DNA of 63,544 nucleotides, counting the filler, from Klebsormidium nitens (Eukaryota > Plantae > Klebsormidiophyceae), in assembly GCA_000708835.1 (NCBI GenBank). It is 7 parts of 7 records of this genome, joined end to end, with 100 filler letters (N's around TTAATTAATTAA, not from the genome) between each part and the next. Parts side by side here need not be neighbours in the genome. Positions count along the whole stretch, not along the records: positions 31,070 to 37,193 come from DF238378.1; positions 37,294 to 63,544 come from DF237068.1; 5 more parts are not named here. One strand, written 5' to 3'. The notes under the pieces are model-generated. The model did not search any database, was not told the origin of the DNA, and saw nothing but the letters and a program-made list of their open reading frames with translations. Positions 31,400 to 44,492 of this stretch are shown in pieces. The stretch's first letter is position 1, and each line of letters starts with the position of its first letter. Position numbers and translations under genes: made by a program.

Positions 31400-33590
31400 T
31401 CCGTAGGCAAGCTCGATCTACATCCTCTCGACACGTTGTTCATGCCACCCCCGACACCAGGGACTCTCCTGTCACCAGAGCAAGAGGCCCGTGGCATCTA
31501 CTATATGTACGTGTGCGAGCTGGACGCGTATCATATGTTCTTTGGCAACCCTGAGGGCTTCTGTGCTTTCGTCCTCAACGGTCAGTCGCAATTGAGCACT
31601 CACCTCTTGGATGCCGATCTTGGGAATCATAAAGCCCGGCAAGCATGCCGGAGACTAATCAGGTCCCTTTGGCTCGCATCCCTCAACTGTCTGGGTCTGC
31701 TTGGAGGTGCTTTTGAACAAAAATAGTCTTTGAAACGCGACGGTATCTTGCTCCGTCCAGACTTTGCACACAAAGGCTACTGAGATACCAAGATAGAATA
31801 CCAAGATAGAACTCGAAATGTTCCTGCAATGTTGACTTCGGAAAGCATATTTCCTCCTCTTTAACATCCAAATTTACACGGGCTTTATTAATTTCTGCAC
31901 TAGATAACTAGCCTTGTGTGAGAAAGACTGAGAACTCTTCTGAATGCAGTTAAAAATTGGAGCAAGTTAGAAGCCAATTTACAGAGTCCGAAAAGCTTTA
32001 TCGCCGCTTTCTGGGAGTGTGCTCCTTAAGTTAAGCCTCATGCACTAAGGACTAACTTTTCTCGACGTCTTCGGGGGATACTGAAACTTTCAACCTTCTA
32101 CCTTGCAGAGCACACTGTCATAGCTTGTCTCGAAAGTCTTGTCCTGTACAATCTGGAAGTGATTACCGAATGGATCAAAGGAGGGAGACCCCATGTGAAA
32201 GTTGCTTCACAAAAAGGCCTTCCACACCATTGGATGGGCCACCATATCCGTCGGCATCGTTCTGGCGTCCCTGCACCTCTTGTCTCTACTGTCTTCGCAC
32301 GTCATGTGAGGCGTCAAAGCGGCGGATCCCCTATCAAGTCCTTCATGTTCCTTTCTTTGACTGCTGTACGTAAAAGCCAACTGGTAACGCCTTCTGAGCT
32401 AAGCTTGTAAATGGTCGCCCAACCAGACTACGTAATGCTCGAATATCTCGTTCTAGAGGTGCAAAATAAGTGCATTTAAAAAGATTGCGCATCCTTTTCT
32501 TGGGTTCCGCGGTCCATTTTGGAATCCTTTCCGCTTCTAGTTTGTGTTTCTTACGTTTGCGGGCTCACGAAAGCGATGCAGTGCCGATGAGTCCGGAATG
32601 ATAGCGCATGGGAGGTGAGATGCGGGCAAAAATTACCACAGAAGGTGTTCCATTCGATATGCATAACCCAGATCGACCTGAAGTAGGACAATAGGACGTG
32701 CGCGTGCGTACAGAAGGCACGCCTGTACGCATTTACTTGATGTTGCTCAATACGTTGATCCGTCTGCTCAATGCTAAGTGTCACCTCTCTAGCCGAATTC
32801 TCCTCTTAAGCTTCAAATTCTCAGCTCGTCCGAGCGCGTCTTCATATCCTCACCAACTCAACTGTCGCGGTTTAAGCTGACTGGAATCTTCTGGTCTGAG
32901 GAGCCTGCTCGGAAAGCTTACGATGCGACCGACGGATCGCCTGGGCGCCCGCGCTCGAGATCCGGAAGAGCTTGTGAAGGCCATCAAGGACCACAAGGTA
33001 CCGAACACCAGTCAGGCGAGATTGGACTGGTTCAAGCAGGACGCGTTGAGGCTGGCCCGGGCGTGCAGGCAGTTTGTGGATGCGGCGGGGGGTAGCACAA
33101 TCTACAAAGTTGCGCGCAACGTCCATGGTGAGCACTCAAATGGGCTGCTGATGCAGGCGTTTTACATACAACGGATGAGAGATCCTAAAAAGTTGCTTAA
33201 ATTCAAACACCAACGGGGTACTTGCTTGGTTAGGAAACCATTTGCCTTGCTTGTGCTCCCTGCCCCGTCTCCACAATGATGTGATCCCTCACAGTTTTCA
33301 GCTTCGCAACAGTGTTTTCGATATGAGTTTCTGCTTTGAACTGCCGGGCAATTTCAGACTCCTGATCTTCTCTAACTCCTGCAGTCAGCGGATACGTGCG
33401 CGCCTGGCGGATCGGTTATCCGCTGTTCAAGTACATAGGCGTCATGGTCCTGGGATTCAGACTGGAGCAGCACGACTTCAAGAAAGCGCTTATCATCTTG
33501 AAGGTCTACACGGCGGGCGACCTGGCTCTATACATGTTCGGCCTCCATGCGATGCGCCGTATGCTCACGCTGTCAAAGTTGGTAAGCGTG
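31400..33590 (+). CDS. Unidentified intron-containing gene
   Basis: GC-rich exon-like blocks with splice signals: 'KLDLHPLDTLFMPP…YVCELDAYHMFFGNPEGF', 'DPEELVKAIKDHKVP…LARACRQFVDAAGG', 'GFRLEQHDFKKALIILKVYTAGDLALYMFG'. Boundaries approximate. Confidence 0.5.
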
Positions 33591-33959
33591 GTCCGCATTG
33601 AAATTTGTGCATGTGTCCCAAGTCGAGCCTTAAAGCCCCGCCGGAACAGAGCCGTCTGCTTGCGACTGCGGCTGGCCTGGCCAGAGAAGTTTGTGTTAGT
33701 CCATTGACAAATTCATTTCAAAGTGCTAGCTTGCATTTGCACAGAAATCATTTAGCTGAACGTTCCCGACGTCTCACCTCTACTAAATACCTGTGCAGAA
33801 ACGGCTGTATCAAGTGGCACAACTTGTGAACTCCATGGACCAATAAGAGCTCGAATCATCGCAAACTTAAGAACACGCTAGCATATAAGCGGCCGCAAAA
33901 TACTCGTACTAAGGTGATGGAATCAGGTAGTTCCAGGCATTGTCATCTCAGCAAAACGG

Positions 33960-36460
33960 TCGAATTTATCAAACCATAGGACTTTGAATCGCAAGACGTC
34001 TCATCGGGGTTGCTTCCCGACAGATCGTTACGTGATTGCCAATCATTGAAAAGCCACTCAGCCGATTAACAGCAGATTCGTCGTCAAAGACCGTCGCTCT
34101 ATAACACGTTGTTAGCATTAGAATTGACGCCGGTAGGCTGCCTCGTGGCCCCTGTACCTCCGACATTTGAGCGTAGATTTGAACGCGCTGCATGAGCAGG
34201 TTGCATTCAATGATTGACTGATCTTCTTCAGCGATATTGTGAACAACGAGCTATACTGGCATTGTGGAAATCAATATTTTCAGGCTCAGCGCCAAATGGG
34301 TGCCACTGCAGCTCGATCGATCATTTGGGTAAAAAGCACTCGCGTGCACATGTGCGGCATGTATAATTTGTAAGAGTCAAGCAGTCACGGGCAAAGTTGG
34401 AGGAAGGATCTTGACTCACACTTGCGAGGTTGACTGTTCGCCCCAGCAATACATATGTGACACCAATATAGATTGTGCGCAAAATCAGGAAGAGGTCTGC
34501 GGACTTATATTGACCAGGGTTAATCAGATGTAGTTCTCGTTGATGTGTTCTCCACCATCTCCGGAATAGGACTGAAGTAGTTGCCACGTCAGCAGCACCG
34601 TCCACCATCTAGCTCACTTACCCCTCCCCCTAATGACGGCCCTTCTCCCGAAGCAGCTGCTCGCGGCCCCTCCACATCCACTCTATCTCCCAGCCTTCGA
34701 ATGACCTGCACTGCTGCGGCCGTCGCCTGTCTCACTTGCCGGTGTGTTTTCTTGCCTCCTTTTAAACTCCTACTTTCCGGTCAGGTTTGCAACGCCCCTT
34801 GCTTGTCTCGCCTGAAAACGACTTTTTAATCACGCCAACCTAGCGCGTGGCAGTTAGCAGCGGTAACTCATCCGGACGCTCATTCGGAAGCCTCTATTGC
34901 AGGTTCTCCATGGTTTGAGCCAGCCCCCTGTGCAGCCGCGCCCTCCCCCGCCCCGTCTTTCCCGCCCTTACGTTCCAGAAGGCCGTAAGGCCCTTGCATT
35001 GACGACTTTGAGAGTTTGCTTCTCGTGTCGTCGCCAAACCCTTTTGCGCTCCCTGACTCCGCCAAGTCCTTATTACCGTCCGCGACGTCACTTCCTACCT
35101 GTGGGGTTGGCAGCGGGTGCCGCTTGCTCCCCATCAGTCGCTGACTAGCTGACGTCATTCTGTCATATCAACGATCCTCTCGCTCACGTTTTGCCTTCCC
35201 GCCTTGGTCCGCCGTCCAGGGCCTGCTCACAAAGGAAGAGGAGTGCCTTGAGTTTTGCTTCGGGTTGCAGACTGTCGCTTGCAGCAGGGTATTTTCTTAG
35301 AAGCTGCAACCTATGAACGGCGGACGAGATATGAATGCCATTGCCGCAAAGGTAGGCGAGAACGAACTGGGGGCACAATATCTCGTGCACGTGCACCTAG
35401 TCGACCCGGCTGCAGAGGACGAAGAAGTTCACGTAATCATGATATGACGAAACTTTTCCAAAGCTTGCAGGACGAAGATCGAAGTGCCCATCGACTAATT
35501 TCACTAGCTCGTTGTATTGGAAAAGCCGTCCCTGTCCAATCAATCGACTTCGTGAAAACGATCGTCAAGCAACAACTGGAGTTGGCAGCGCCGCCGACTT
35601 ATTTGTACAATATTTCGCGCCTAGTTAACCGCAGACTTGATCCGAATCAAAGCCAAAAGCACGCGGCCTCGTAAGTCCCCTCTTCCAGCGCACAGAAGGG
35701 ATCATCCGTGTTATTTGCCAGAACGCCCTTTTTGACAAACTCGGCCTTCCAATGGGATAGAAGTCAGGGTTTGGCGGATAGCCCTCAGAACAACCAGCCT
35801 TGCCGCTCAGATGAGGGAAGCTTGTAAGTTCAGCAACTCTTAGCAGGAAGCAGATAAGAGAAGCGGCGAAATTACATACCCCAGAAACATGACTTCCCAA
35901 GGGGCCTGCTTGGCCAACAACTCCTTTGACAGCGCCTCCGTCCAAACCAAGTGCACCTCGACCTAACAGAATCCGCCCGTTGACACCCCAGCGCCGCCAG
36001 AATCTCGTCCAGTGCGAACGCGCTCAAGTAGCTGCTCCAGGGCCTGGCTGAAGCTCCGGAGGAAGGAATGTGAGCTTGGGAGATCCAGGGCGGTCTTTCC
36101 AACCGGGGAAACTAGAGGTGGGAGATTTTAGAACGGGCCCGGCGACCCTGCGCGCCAGCTTGGACCCCTTGCGCGGCTAGCAAGGCAGCGGGAGGCCGCA
36201 CCGTAGGTGGTGACGTCAGCGGCGGCGTCAGCAGGGGTGGTGTTTAAAACGGGGACATCAGCGGGGGTGGTGACAGCGGCAGTGACGTCAGCAGGAGGGG
36301 TGAACCCTGATTGACGTCAGCAGGGGAAGACTTCGGGGGGGCTGGCTTTTGGTCGGGAGGAAGAGAATGCGGCAGAGCGAGGAGGCCGCCTTTGCGCATT
36401 GCTGGGGTGAAGAAGCGCTTGTCGGGGGGAGATCTTGGGTGGTGCTTCATCGTTGATGTC
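33960..36460 (-). CDS. Unidentified intron-containing gene(s)
   Basis: Several protein-like minus blocks (e.g. 34880-35158, 35625-36102, 36200-36450 with PADV repeats). Exon structure not resolved. Confidence 0.35.
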
Positions 36461-38253
36461 TGCAGTCAGAAACGAAACTTCTCATTTTAACCATTGCAGT
36501 ACTGGATGGACTGATAGCAGACTCGGTCCATGACCACTGTCAACAGAGTGTTTGATAAATGAGCGACAGCTTGCTGTTATGAGTTGATGCGTAATCTAGG
36601 CACCGTTCTGAAGATGGTTAATGGTTGCAAGATCTTGATTCGTTGTTGTGGAACTCTGAATTTGGTTACACAGGGTCTTTACAGGTCTGGCTTTTCTCGT
36701 CGTTCAGCTGCCGCCCAACTGTATCCTGACAGAAGGTTGAACTGTGGGCCCCTTACCCTGTTTTTGGATAAGCCTTAACAAGGCCGTGTGGTTTGAGGTG
36801 TGAAACTTAGAAAACCGGATACAATTAAATTAAGCAAATGACTAGAGAACCCTTTTAAGACGACTAGAGAACCCTTTTAGAATGGCAAATTTCTGAAGGA
36901 GGGCCTGAGAACGTTTACACTGAAGATCTGCTGTTTCTCAGATGCGGCACCTAGTTCCCATAGTAATCATACTGCCTGTGGGCTGGCAAGACCATGCCGT
37001 GCGCTACTTGGCTATTGCCGGTCCTCATCGGGTCCGGCAGAACGCATAGAACTCTGAGCCCGGAGACGCTAGTCACGCTGATCCCCGGTGCTCGCTCCGG
37101 TCATTCCTTCTCGCATCTAGCCATGCAGAAAAACTAAGGCGTAACCCGGCTAGACCCGCGATTACCCACGCACTAAATGCCACGTTATGGCTCNNNNNNN
37201 NNNNNNNNNNNNNNNNNNNNNNNNNNNNNNNNNNNNNTTAATTAATTAANNNNNNNNNNNNNNNNNNNNNNNNNNNNNNNNNNNNNNNNNNNNAAATACA
37301 GGCGAGTGTTCAGTGCGATTACTGCAGGCCGGTCGATACGGCACGGGACACCTTACGCCGGGAGGCCCTTAGGCTTGCATCAGTGACTGCAATAGTAGCC
37401 GGTCGTATAGGCCGGTTAGTACATTACTTCCCGGTGAACTGGTTTGATTGTGGGCCGCCTCTCGACACCACGTTTGGGCTAAGGGCAGGTGGCGTGTTCT
37501 GATTGGATCTTATCCTGCGATCGAATCTTGAGTCCAATTACCCGATGACTTCTCCATCAAGCAACCGGGCACTTTTAGGGGCGGGTCTGCAAGGTTCTTC
37601 ATGAACGCTATGATAGCAGGCCATGCATGATTTGTAATCGATGGTATTCAATTGTCCGACCGGCCCCTATATAGACCGTCGGACACCAATGACTGTACGC
37701 GATCTGCGTTCAGAATTCTGTACATAATATGCAAGTCGTGACAATCATGCAATGTCTGCCGCGCATGCATGTGCATTGAGCTAGGCCCACTTTCCTTCGC
37801 GACAAAACTGGCGCGGCGGGTGTACACGATTTACGCCAAACTGGCCCGCAACGAACTCGCGTAATCATCCAACATTGTGCCATGCTCGCAATCAGTCTTA
37901 TTTCAGTTTTTGAAATTTGTTAAACTTGAAACCGTCGTGTCTGGTGCGCCGCACGCAACCAGTGTGGCTCAGGCAATTGCAAGAGGAATTTTCCGGTATT
38001 AATGATGTAGGACAACGGCTACAGCCTCACAGTAAGTCAGGTCAAGAAAAAATGTCTTGATGAATTGTTAGCTTACTAATCTCCCGGGGTCCAGATCCGT
38101 GCATGTGGCTGCACGGAACGGCCGTAGACCTTTGTCGAATGCACGCCAGACGAATGCACGCCAGAGTAGTCTCTCTTCCACGCTGCTACAATACGCTATC
38201 TAACACTACTTGACCTCTTTCACCTGCATCCTTCCGGCAAATCGCAATCACCC

Positions 38254-41200
38254 TCAATGACGCGACTCAACAATAGACGCGAGCGTGTTAAAAGTTCCTA
38301 CGACACCGAAGGTGGTGCCAAAAGCAATCAACAAATAATCAAATACTCGTGCGAACCAAGTTAGCTCCCCCTCAAAGGTTTTCAAATGAAACAAGCCCGG
38401 AAGGACGAACGCTAGCATAGCGCACACTGTGCTCCCGACCAAAGAAATGAAAATACCGAACCCCGGAACCGAGATGGCGATATATGCGGCGAGGAGCACG
38501 ATAAGCGCTCGGGCGGTGCGGAAGAGGGCAGTCCGGAGCCTGCGAGCGCGAGCTACGTGTTACGTAATGAAAAACAACAGCTGTTCCACTGTTCTATCAA
38601 CAGAGGAACTTGACGGACAAGAAAGAGGATTACATACCAAAGTATTTTGGGTAGCGGAGGTTCGACTTGCCACAACCGCCATTCACGACGACTTCACAGA
38701 ACGCTTCGACCTTTGAGCGAGCAGTCCAGATCCTCAATCGAAGTACGTTCTATCGTACTTCAGACCAGGCCAACAAAACACAGAGGCGCAGAGAAGCTTC
38801 GATGTAGGATACCAGATTGACTGAGGCTTGGAAATTAGGAAGTAAGTAGAATAATCGACCCCTCAGTCACTGCAGAGGCGTCAAACAAGGACCCTTGTCA
38901 ACCCTGAGTAGCAAGATGCTTCTCAAACAGCTCGTGCTTAACCCTCCAACTTCTCGCACACACTGTTTCGAGAAGCACCGAGCTCTTGTTGTGCACAGTA
39001 GGGAACACGTGTGAGGCCCCGAAACATGCTCACCTGGGTGAAGGCTCGACGTACTGACGGAACCACGAGAAGCTCATAAGCCGCCGGTCAGCGATCTCGT
39101 ATACGGGCACCATCATAACCGGGAAAGTGAAGAAAAGGCCGACCGAGAGCCCCAGCTTGACCGCTATGGTGGTCCAGTCGTGGGGCAAGTTTAACGTGAT
39201 AATGTCCTGCGGAAATGAAGACTATTTAGGATGAGCTAATTGACTTCGTATCCTAAGCAAGTCTGAGAGTAAGCGGCCGAGGCGGGTTTGGCCGCCTTCA
39301 GAGGTGGAAAGTACTACAAATATTTATTCTGCCTCTACACAGGTGGAAAGTACTACGAATGTTCATTTTGCCTCTACACTAATGACGAGCTTCGTGTCTG
39401 CGAACTCGAGAAGTGGCATCGTATGATGCTGTCAACCAGCAATAGGACGCCAGGGAAGAAAGCGAGAATGTCAGGGCAGGGCTTGACAATCTGTGAATGT
39501 TGGTTGCATTCGTGAGCCGCGTGTTTGCTACAATGGTATCGGTGGGATTGCAGCATTCAGCAGGTCGGTGTTTGATTGCCCCATCTGTGGGCCGCAAAAA
39601 GTTAGCAAACAATCTGTTATGAACTAGAATGTACGATTCATAGTTAACCAACTTCCACGAATCCCTTACCCGCGTCGCCTCGCCATAGGCCAGGTACCCG
39701 ATCATCCCGAACGACAGGTACACGAACGTGATTAACCCGATCGCTAACCCGAGCACCCATCCAAAGCTTTTCCGCTCCTTCATCGACTGCTCGATTGGCT
39801 GAGTCATGGCAAACCCCTCGAAGCAGTAAACCGCGACGCCGATTACGAACGGCGCTTTCGAAAGTGAGGTGAAGGCGTGCACGTGGCTGAAGCTGGACGG
39901 TCCAATGACTGCCACGTCGTCCTTGATGACGACAGCCATGGCGATCGCCATGAAGACGTCGGCGACGATCGAGAAAGGCGCGAGGCCTGTCAAGGATCGT
40001 ATCTGCGCAGAGTGTTGAATAACAACATCAGCAGACGTAAGGGAGCAGACGTAAGGGATCAGATATTTTTGGCCGAAGGAAATCTGACGTCACTTAAGAG
40101 AGCTAACCCGACGGCGGTACTAAGGCTGGAAGACTTTTGTAGCCGCAGAGGATTTTTCCTCACTAGATAGATAATGTGCGGAACTTCAAGACATGCTGGA
40201 CGGGGGACCGTATGAACCCTTTGTGAAGAGAGCTTTGAACACTGCAACGCCAATCCTGCGGTTCATGACATTGTCGCGCTCAATTGGGTTCGGACTGGAC
40301 TGTTATCGGTTGGTGATTAGACACTGCTCGCCGGCAGATGCATGAACACTATTTTGTCGAGAGGACGTGAGCAGATTGTGTAGATCAGCAGGGGACAAGG
40401 TTATGAAGTTCGGGCCTTCCGAACGGCCCGGGAATCACCTTGTTGACATCGGTTGTATTAGCGCACAATCAAGCACGCAATCCTAGAATCCTCAAACAGA
40501 AGCTACGTGCAGACTCTGGCTCACAGGAACCTCGAGAGAGCAAGTTCGGATATAATGCATCATCGTTCGTAATCAGACTAGCTGTCTCGAACGGGCTTTC
40601 GAATTGGCTAGCCGACTTCCGTTGCCTTTCTTCATCTCGCGGGAACAAAGCCAACCATCAAACACTTTATTGGGTCGAGGAAACCCGATGGACTTTTCTC
40701 CAACAGGAACTTCGAGCCAATATTGTTTGACCCTGTCCCGCCACTCACCCACGACAGCAAGATTTGCAGCGGCACAATGCTCGCAACAACCGCGACCCCC
40801 GACAAGTGCAGCGCAGACCCGACGTTCCCCGCAATCGTAACCAGGTAAGCGACGCAAAACCCGCTCTGGCTCAAAAGCACGCACCAATCCACCGCCTGCG
40901 CGCAAAACCCAAAACTCAGAACCCGGGGTTAAGGCGGGTTAACTCACCCAGGAAAGGAGGGTTTGGAAGGGGATCAGGAGGAGGATGACCGGGGTCTTGG
41001 GCAAGGGAACTAGCGTGCACAGGTTTTCGGCTATGAAAACTAGGTACGCGACGCAGCACCCCCCCTGGGAGATGACGACCGTTACGTCGGTCAACTGGCA
41101 GAACAGGGTTCAAGAGGGGTTAGCAAACAAACTGCAGGTTTCAGATATGTTGGTTTTGACTTACGATACTATTTTCGGCTATGGAAACTAGGTACGCGAT

Positions 41201-43178
41201 CCTGCACCGCCCTGCGAGATGACGACCGTTACGTCGGGTCAACCGCCAGACGAGGGTTAGAGAGGGTTACCGGACTAATTCTGGGCGGATTCTTTTCAGG
41301 TATTGAGTTTAGGCGATCAACCTCAGCTATTAGGACCTGGTACGCGATGCAGCTCCCCCCAAGGGGAGGACGGCCGTTACGTCGGTCAACTGGCCGAACA
41401 CGATTATAGCAGGTTTGCGGGAATAACTGCAGGCTTGAATGGTTTTTAGCATGCTTGTGGAATCTGGTCGAGGCTATGGAGACTAGTACGCTGCACGACA
41501 GCCCACTCGGTCAACAGGGTAAGAGAGGGTTAGCGAACCGAGGGTGAGTCACTGCAGGCCTGCTGTTGTATTGTCCTGACGTGACGAAGTTTGTTCCGAC
41601 TTCGAAGACTAAGCACGCGACGAAACAACTTCCCAGGAGATGACGACCATTATGACGGTCAACCGGCAGACCAGGTTTAGGATGGTTGGTTTGCGAAATG
41701 ACTGCAAACCTATTTGTCGTTTAGTCCTGCCGTGAAGAGGTTGGTTTCTGCTTTGAAATCTAGGTCGCGATGCAACCAGCCCCCCCGGCAAAAGACGACC
41801 GCTACATCAGTAAACGGGCAACAGGAAACTTTCGAGAATGTTGGCAATCTGACACAGCCCGTTAGTGCAGTTTGTGACCTATGAACCATGATTTGCAAAC
41901 AAACGGAACGAGCACCAGATTCAGGATAGAAAGGGTGCAAGTCGAACAACCATGTTCGGATCTTCGAAAAGACCTAATGAGAGGGGAAGGCCGACTACGT
42001 CAACCCCTCAAACAGGTAGGCTAGTGTCAGAGCACGAAAATGCAGAGTGCTCTATAGGGTACAGGGTCTATAGGGTCAACTCTGACCGTTGTCAACCTTT
42101 GAGAGGACGCACTGATGCTGAGCGTTTCAGGGCGTAGGAAAATGGAGCTGGCGTCGCCCAGAAGGACAATGTGTTTTGGATGTACCGCAGAAAGGAACAC
42201 CGCCACTCAAAGTTCAAGAGGTACCGTAGTCCAAGGTAATGATTCCAAATAAATTGATATTTATTTGCATTCGGAAAGTGGAATTTCGGAAAGGTTAAAT
42301 AATTCTGGAATGGTCCTCAGAAGCCCCAAAACGGCCAAAATCAGCCTTCAAATCCCCCTCTTAATGAGAACATAGGGCAGTCGGATTGTTGTCGGAATCA
42401 GCATAGATGAATCCACTTTTCTGTCGGAATGTTGAAAAAGAATTCAATGTAAAATCGTTCGGAATCATCACGATGGACTACGGTATTTCCAAAACTTTTG
42501 AGATTGGGCCTGGTTAAGCAAACCCACCTGCCGCCCAAAGTTCCCCAGCGAATGGAAGCCCAGGTCTCCGTAGGTGTGCACCTCGTGGTTCTGCTCTTTC
42601 AGCTTGGCCGCGCATTTGATCTGCAAAACAGAGAATCTGTACTGCTCAAAACGGGTCATCATCGAAAACTGGGAGAAAAGACGTTCAATCGCAGGTTCTT
42701 TTGGCATACGTCCGCCCGCATTGTTACCCTGACAAGGGTCAGAATCTCGCGGGAGACCATCCTTCATAAGGCAAAGGCACTTGCGCAGGGCGAAGGCCAT
42801 GCACGACAAAGTGGTCACACAGTGCCACGATCAAGACGCTGCGGTTTTACACCTGCAGGTGCTTGAGCGAGCTTGAAGGAGAAGAGTGTGGACAGTTAGC
42901 TGCCGGAAGGGACGACCTATCCACGAACCTTGGAATGTCAGCGATTCACGGATACAGGCCTTACCGTAAGTACTGGTAATCGATCGGTAGAAATAAACAT
43001 CCATCGTCCGAAGGAAAGCAAGGAGAAAATGGATACAGGCCTTACCAGTAGCATCATGCAGTACCAGGCCAGCGCCCCTGCAGCCACGATGCATATTGAG
43101 CCGAGCAGGTAACCGCTCTCCTTGAAAGCATACGGCAGGCCCAGCACTCCCGCGCCGACAATTGAGATTACAATGTTC
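38254..43178 (-). CDS. Amino-acid transporter, AAAP/Aa_trans family (AVT3/ANT-like)
   Basis: Phase-compatible GT-AG exons 43046-43178, 42528-42620, 40749-40895, 39670-40002, 39034-39206, 38254-38539. Motifs 'NIVISIVGAGVLGLPYAF', 'TYGDLG', 'GVAVYCFEG', 'ISLVGSTVCAMLAFVLP'. Start exon (~43330-43500) unresolved. Confidence 0.93.
41020..41850. repeat. Intronic array of six degenerate ~148-bp units
   Basis: CTAGGTACGCG-like anchors at 41040, 41188, 41336, 41483, 41609, 41760, most followed by GATGACGACCGTTACGTCGGTCAAC-like cores. Confidence 0.8.
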
Positions 43179-44421
43179 CTGCAAAGAGCAAAGCTTCTGT
43201 GTTGGTGGAGTGCTTCAATGAGTAGCTCGGCGTAAAGGGTGTCAGTTTTCTGGAGTGGTGGGGGGAAGTCATTGTAGAGGTTTTTCAGGCAGAATCGATC
43301 AGTACAGAAGGACATTACTCATGAGACCTGACCAAAGGCTCTTGCTTTCTCTGTAAGCTGGACCTTGAAGTAAGGAGCCATCAATGCCTTGACTTGCAAG
43401 TTGCTGAAGTGTCCCAACAACTGCTAGTAGATTGGGGACTCCACCTTGAAAACTTACGTGCCGAGGTGATCTGACTCTGCAATGATCGGCATGCGATGAC
43501 TTCAGCAGATATTTGAAAACAACGAGATTCCCAATCCACAAGTGAGCGCAAGCGAGTGGTCTGCGGTTGACAGAACTCAGAGGAGCACCGTCGTAGCGCC
43601 CTCTGATTGGACCCCATGCTTTCTTCTCTTTGTTTGACAGAGAAAGAATGGGTGGTGCTTGCAAAAATTTCGCATTCATCTCATCATTTCTTGCACCCTA
43701 AAACTCACCCAAAAGTTTTCTTCTTGCTCGATAGTTTCTTCGGTCGTTGGTGGCTAGAAAGAGTTGGAAGGAGCGGGGTCGCCTCAACGGGGATCTCTGC
43801 CGGGTATCCATGCTGATCTGCCATTCCCACCACCACCCTTTCTAGTTGCTCCAAGAGCCACTATCGCCAAGGTTTAGGTCTGCTGGCAGGAATTGCAAAC
43901 CTTTTGCCCGACTCTCTATTTACCTAAAATGTTTGCCGTTCAAACTTGACACAAGTTAGTGAAATTCCAGGTTATCTCGCAGCGGCTTACACTCTTAGGG
44001 TGTAGTAATTTACAGGCGCCTGATCACGGCGGTGTTTATGCCGTGTTTGGGGGGGTGTGCTGATGTTCTCAATTGTCTAGAATGGGACATTCTGTATACG
44101 AGGGAAAAGGCTACCTAGAGGAGAATAGGTGGAGGTTCCCAAAAAACCAACGGTGGTGTAAATGTTGGGTGTGTGCATTGAACAGTAACTACAACAAAAG
44201 ACGACGAAGATATTTGTTTGGGAATAAACAGTTCGGAGACGAGAAAGAGGCGCCAGTCTCGGACGCTACCTAGACGCTATGTGCACCGCACAGCTGCGGG
44301 AAAGGGACTTTCTCTGTCCTAACCTATCAAAAGAAATGAAACCTGTCCCTTCTGCAGTAACTTGTAAGAGCTCAAATGGCGCCCCTCCAAATTTGAAGCA
44401 ATGCTCCCTTGCGTTCAAGAT

Positions 44422-44492
44422 GATTGAATGCATGAATGAATGCCAGATTATTGAGAAAAAAAAAAAAAAAAAAAGATTGAATGCATGAATGT
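44422..44492 (+). mobile_element. Tiny polyA-tailed insertion flanked by a 17-bp direct repeat
   Basis: GATTGAATGCATGAATG (44422-44438) + 17 nt + A20 (44456-44475) + identical repeat (44476-44492). Confidence 0.7.

Noticed and set aside
36210-36320. Clustered TGACGTCA (CRE/as-1-like) palindromes
   Set aside because: Coincide with repeated ADV codons in a coding-like minus frame.
36840-36880. Short perfect tandem duplications (also ~38137-38165, ~40030-40058)
   Set aside because: Ordinary slippage-type duplications with no further signal.
41020-41850. CRISPR-like interpretation of the intronic array
   Set aside because: Eukaryotic intron; repeats degenerate, spacers mutually homologous, no cas genes.
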